A DNA stretch of 52,561 nt, taken from positions 1 to 52,561 of the IMG/VR virus record IMGVR_UViG_3300035670_000290. One strand, 5' to 3'. The first letter of the stretch is position 1. Every line of letters begins with the position of its first letter. The notes under the pieces are model-generated. The model did no database searches, was not told where the DNA came from, and was given only the letters and a program-made list of their open reading frames with translations. The translations under genes were made by a program, and so were the position numbers. This stretch comes from a virus. Taxonomy: Duplodnaviria; Caudoviricetes. Below are positions 48,788 to 52,561 of this stretch, one piece after another.

Positions 48788-48997
48788 ATGGCAATATACA
48801 AATTTCCTGGCTCCGCTATTGAAGCCAACACAATTACATCAACGCAGATGGATAGCAATACTTGGAATCAGGTATACACTGCTTTGTCTACTGCGAACAC
48901 TGCATACGATCAAGCCAATGCAGCATTTGCGCAAGCGAATACTGGTGGTGGCGGTAGTGGTGGATTCAGTAAATCTTTCCTCATGAGTGGACTCTAA
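48788..48997 (+). CDS. Mini anchor protein
   Basis: FPGSAIEANTITSTQM..TW.QVY.AL..AN.AY heptads; ends GGFSKSFLMSGL; paralog of 32982. Confidence 0.6.
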   Translation: MAIYKFPGSAIEANTITSTQMDSNTWNQVYTALSTANTAYDQANAAFAQANTGGGGSGGFSKSFLMSGL

Positions 48998-48998
48998 G

Positions 48999-49331
48999 AT
49001 GGCAGAAACATTTAAAATTCTCGGTCAAATTGCAGCAACTGCAAATACCACACATAATGTCTATACAGTTCCTGCTGCAACTCAAGCAGTGATTTCTTCG
49101 ATTGTAATTGTCAATAGAAATGATAATGCCAATTGCACGTATCGTGTTGCAGCGCAGCCAGCTGGAGCAGCACTTGCAAATGATCACTATATCGCATACG
49201 ATGCTCCGATTGCAGCATTGGATACTGTTGCTCTATCATTGGGTGTAACATTGGGAAATACTGATATTATCTCAGTATACAGCGCAAACGCAAATCTATC
49301 GTTCAGTGTATTCGGAACAGAAATAACCTAA
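48999..49331 (+). CDS. ~110-aa fibre adaptor-like protein (Y/FKxLGQ class)
   Basis: ATG 48999 (MAETFKILGQ) aligns with paralog 17552, with long identical stretches such as QPAGAALAN.HYIAYDAPI.ALD. Confidence 0.65.
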   Translation: MAETFKILGQIAATANTTHNVYTVPAATQAVISSIVIVNRNDNANCTYRVAAQPAGAALANDHYIAYDAPIAALDTVALSLGVTLGNTDIISVYSANANLSFSVFGTEIT

Positions 49332-49332
49332 T

Positions 49333-51054
49333 ATGGGCTTCAAGACTGGATCATTTCTTTCTATCGCCAATCGTGGATTGAATCCGCTGATCAGCAGCGC
49401 AGTCACAAGAGCTGTCCGCAATCCATTATGGAATTTCGGTAGAACAGTAATTACCACATTCACATCTTCTGGAACATGGACTTGTCCTGTTGACGTAACT
49501 GAGGTGGAATATTTGGTGATTGCTGGAGGAGGCGGCGGCGGTCCTCGCGGTGGAGGTGGAGGTGCTGGTGGATTTAGAACTGGCGCAGGACTTGCAGTTG
49601 TTCCAGGACAAACATATTCTATTATTGTTGGTGCTGGTGGTGCGCAATCTACCGATAGTTCAACTGGTGGAACAACATATAATGGATCAAATAGTTCATT
49701 TTCCACAATAACATCAAATGGTGGTGGAGCTGGTGGAGTATTTCAGGCACCAGGTAATAGTGGTGGTTCTGGTGGTGGTGCAGGAAGAGATTCGAATAAC
49801 GCAGCTGGTGGTGCTGGTAATACTCCACCAGCATCTCCATCACAAGGTAACAATGGTGGAATAAGTCCATCAAATGCCTACTCTGGTGGTGGCGGTGGTG
49901 GGGGAGCAGGTGGAGTTGGTGGTACTGCTGCAGCAGGACAATATTCAGAATATGGCGGCATGGGTGGTGCTGCAGCTGTAAGTTCAATTTCTGGGACAGC
50001 AGTGTATTATGCTGGTGGTGGGGGAGGCGGTGCATTTTCTGGTTCATTGAGTGTTGCCGATTATGGACTAGGTGGTGGAACATCAGTAACTGCAAATAAA
50101 GGTGGTGCTGGAAATGGCGGATATTCAAATGGCCAAGGTGGGTCAAGAAGACCTACAGCTGCGCTCGCCAATTCAGGCGGTGGCGGCGGTGGTGGTGGCG
50201 ATAGTGGCTCTGGTGGATATGTTGGTGGGTTTGATGGTAGTCCAGGTGGCTCTGGCATTGTAATTCTCAAGTATATACTTCCAACATCAAGCGGAATTGT
50301 TTTCACAACAACATCACAATGGACTGTTCCAGAAGGTGTCACTTCTGTTGATTATCTTGTCATTGCTGGCGGTGGTGGTGGTGGATTTGATATAAGGGGT
50401 AATCGTGGTGCTGGTGGTGGTGGCGCAGGTGGCTATCGCGCAGGAGCAAACTTATCTGTAACTCCAGGAAACACATATACAATCACTGTTGGTGCTGGTG
50501 GAGCTGGAGGCAATGGTTCTACAATAAAAGGGACTAATGGTTCTGTTTCAATCTTCAATGATATAACTTCTGCAGGCGGTGGCGGAGGTGGTGGCACAAA
50601 TACAGGCGGAGATCCTGTTCCCAGCCCATCTGCACCTTCTGGTGGCTCAGGTGGAGGTGGATATACCGCAGGTGGTGCTGGAAATACTCCATCAACATCT
50701 CCATCTCAAGGAAATAATGGTGGAAATGGTGGGTATAATCCTGGATTGTTCGGAAGTGGAGGTGGTGGAGCAGGCACTGCTGGTTCAGATGCAACTGGTA
50801 GTTCTGCTGGTAACGGTGGTGATGGAGCAACATCTTCAATTTCTGGTGAAGCAGTTGTACGCGCTGGTGGTGGAGGAGGAGGTCGTGGTGGCTTGGGTGG
50901 TAGCGGCGGTGGTGGAAATGGAAATCCAGGCAGTGGCGGCGGCAACGGATCAGACGGATTGACCAATTATGGTGGCGGTGGTGGGGGTGGAACATCACCT
51001 GGATCTTTTGGTGGTTCTGGTGGCTCTGGTATCGTAATCATCAAACTGAACTAA
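49333..51054 (+). CDS. Glycine-rich adhesin-like protein (two Gly-rich domains)
   Basis: RNP.W.FGRTV N-terminal motif shared with 17892; double Gly-rich framework. Confidence 0.7.
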   Translation: MGFKTGSFLSIANRGLNPLISSAVTRAVRNPLWNFGRTVITTFTSSGTWTCPVDVTEVEYLVIAGGGGGGPRGGGGGAGGFRTGAGLAVVPGQTYSIIVGAGGAQSTDSSTGGTTYNGSNSSFSTITSNGGGAGGVFQAPGNSGGSGGGAGRDSNNAAGGAGNTPPASPSQGNNGGISPSNAYSGGGGGGGAGGVGGTAAAGQYSEYGGMGGAAAVSSISGTAVYYAGGGGGGAFSGSLSVADYGLGGGTSVTANKGGAGNGGYSNGQGGSRRPTAALANSGGGGGGGGDSGSGGYVGGFDGSPGGSGIVILKYILPTSSGIVFTTTSQWTVPEGVTSVDYLVIAGGGGGGFDIRGNRGAGGGGAGGYRAGANLSVTPGNTYTITVGAGGAGGNGSTIKGTNGSVSIFNDITSAGGGGGGGTNTGGDPVPSPSAPSGGSGGGGYTAGGAGNTPSTSPSQGNNGGNGGYNPGLFGSGGGGAGTAGSDATGSSAGNGGDGATSSISGEAVVRAGGGGGGRGGLGGSGGGGNGNPGSGGGNGSDGLTNYGGGGGGGTSPGSFGGSGGSGIVIIKLN

Positions 51055-51058
51055 AATT

Positions 51059-51883
51059 ATGAAATCACTTGAAGAAAAGAAATTGCTCGTCAAAATGGCT
51101 CGAGCATTTGGTCAGCCAGTCGATCAGGCTTTGATTGAATCCATTGAGAAAGAAGAACGACTCGCTAAACTTCTTTTCAAAGAGTCTGCTGCTGCACCAA
51201 AACCAGTAGAGCAAACTCCAATCGTTGAGGTCGTAGAACCAGCACCAAAACCTGCTGAGACGAATCTACAACCGCCAGAAGATTATCAAGTGCAGCAAGT
51301 CGCTGCTTATCTCGACACAGTCGCAAATACCAAGAAGCCGCCATTAGCCACTGCGTTGATGGATAAGGAATTCGAAGCACTACGCAAGACTGTAATGGAC
51401 TTGCTCAAGAAGGTCAATACACTGTCTTGGGGTGGTGGTGGCACTGGTATTGTTCGTATTTGGGACGCAGATGATCTAGATCGCACTTCTGCCTCAGATG
51501 GATTATATGTCAAATATGATGGTGTGAATCGAATTTTCACATTTGATTCTGGTGGAGGTGGTGGTGGCGGTCCACAAGGTCCACAAGGTCCACAAGGTCC
51601 AGCAGGAACTGGTTTAGTCAATACTGTTCTCATCACTTCCTCAACATACACTGTTGACGCAAATGACTATTACATTGGCGTCAATTATGCTGGTAATGTG
51701 ACAATCACAGTTCCTGCCTCAACAAACGGCAGAATGATTGTTATCAAAGATGAATCTGGTAATTGTTCAAATAATCCAATCATTGCTCTAGGAACAATAG
51801 ATAATGATGCCAATGGTTTCAATCTACAAATAGATAATGGAGCGGTGCATATGCTTTATCGCTCTGGCTGGAGAATCGTCTAA
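51059..51883 (+). CDS. Virion structural protein with short collagen segment
   Basis: Helical N-terminus, WGGGGTG.VR..D.DD.D motif, GPQ x3, C-terminal YYIGV...T.P...G..IVIKDE.G domain. Confidence 0.6.
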   Translation: MKSLEEKKLLVKMARAFGQPVDQALIESIEKEERLAKLLFKESAAAPKPVEQTPIVEVVEPAPKPAETNLQPPEDYQVQQVAAYLDTVANTKKPPLATALMDKEFEALRKTVMDLLKKVNTLSWGGGGTGIVRIWDADDLDRTSASDGLYVKYDGVNRIFTFDSGGGGGGGPQGPQGPQGPAGTGLVNTVLITSSTYTVDANDYYIGVNYAGNVTITVPASTNGRMIVIKDESGNCSNNPIIALGTIDNDANGFNLQIDNGAVHMLYRSGWRIV

Positions 51884-52561
51884 TGACTTATCTATACAAT
51901 AAAAACGTGAACGTTCTCAATGCGAATGTAATCGTATCGAATACAAATCCATTGCCTGTTACTGCAATTACTAATATCTACAATGCTACAGGTAATCTTG
52001 ATACAACCAAAGACGCATTTGGGAAAGCTCGTGTGGTTGAGCCATATACTCTCTTTGACTCTAATTTTATTTACTCAGATAATTCTCGAGACTGGAACTC
52101 AAATACTGTAAACAGTGGCTCTACTGCATTCGTTGCAAATCAATCTCACATTGCAATGACTGTCACAGGAAGTTCTGGCAGTAAAGTGATTCGAGAAACA
52201 AAGAAAGCGTTCAAGTATCAGCCAGGAAAAAGTTTGCTCACGATGAGTTCTTTTCAAATGGCTCCGATCAATGCTTATGGCGCGAATACAGAACTACGTC
52301 AAAGAGTCGGATATTTCGATGAGAATAACGGAACATATTTGGAAGCCAATGGAAACACGCTGATTCTTGTAATGCGTTCCAACAAGACCAATACAGTAGA
52401 AGAAGTTCGTGTTCCGCAGTCTCAGTGGAGCGTTGATAAACTTGATGGAACTGGTGGGTCGAATCTCACAATCAATATTGCAAACTCACAGATCTTCTGG
52501 ACCGATACTGAATGGCTCGGTGTCGGTTCTGTTCGTGCTGGATTCGTAATCGACGGTCAGT
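51883..52561 (+). CDS. Conserved phage virion structural protein (3' truncated; absent from the ORF track)
   Basis: TAATG overlap; open to the window end: MTYLYNKN...DAFGKARVVEPYTLFDS...YQPGKS...RVGYFDENNG...DKLDGTG...EWLGVGSVRAGF. Confidence 0.7.
   Translation, partial: MTYLYNKNVNVLNANVIVSNTNPLPVTAITNIYNATGNLDTTKDAFGKARVVEPYTLFDSNFIYSDNSRDWNSNTVNSGSTAFVANQSHIAMTVTGSSGSKVIRETKKAFKYQPGKSLLTMSSFQMAPINAYGANTELRQRVGYFDENNGTYLEANGNTLILVMRSNKTNTVEEVRVPQSQWSVDKLDGTGGSNLTINIANSQIFWTDTEWLGVGSVRAGFVIDGQ

Noticed and set aside
18074-50998. Many minus-strand Pro-rich or His-rich ORFs and alternative-frame Val/Trp-rich ORFs
   Set aside because: They are shadows of ggt/ggc Gly codon runs in the real + strand genes, lie within them, and have no independent starts or motifs.
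1-52561. Stop-codon reassignment, tRNA genes, introns/homing endonucleases, rho-independent terminators
   Set aside because: TAA, TGA and TAG all end genes with tight packing under the standard code. No gap shows a cloverleaf, an endonuclease motif or a GC stem followed by a U-tract.

Overview
This window looks like part of the late (virion) region of a large T4-like myophage, with every credible gene on the + strand. No capsid or terminase gene is present; the call rests on gene content, NNTAAATA late-promoter-like boxes and capsid-targeting-like N-termini. Bases 1-8.4 kb hold the end of a nucleotide-sugar epimerase, a ligase-like protein, a cytidylyltransferase/P-loop kinase polyprotein, a cupin, Dps and several probable head-internal proteins. 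Bases 8.4-10.2 kb are a lysis-type cassette: a lipoprotein, a 2-TM protein and a GH19 + peptidase M15 endolysin. From 10.3 kb to the end is a ~42 kb array of more than 30 fibre/adhesin genes (coiled-coil and collagen stalks, glycine-rich tips, IPT/Ig/LamG tips, small adaptors) with two embedded 2OG-Fe(II) oxygenases. The main observation is that these fibre genes share a small set of N-terminal and internal/C-terminal motifs whose copy numbers and gene order match, suggesting a plug-and-socket branched adhesin tree. The window also strongly avoids TTAA, and two fibre genes have structured leaders. All family assignments come from motif recognition only; no database searches were run.
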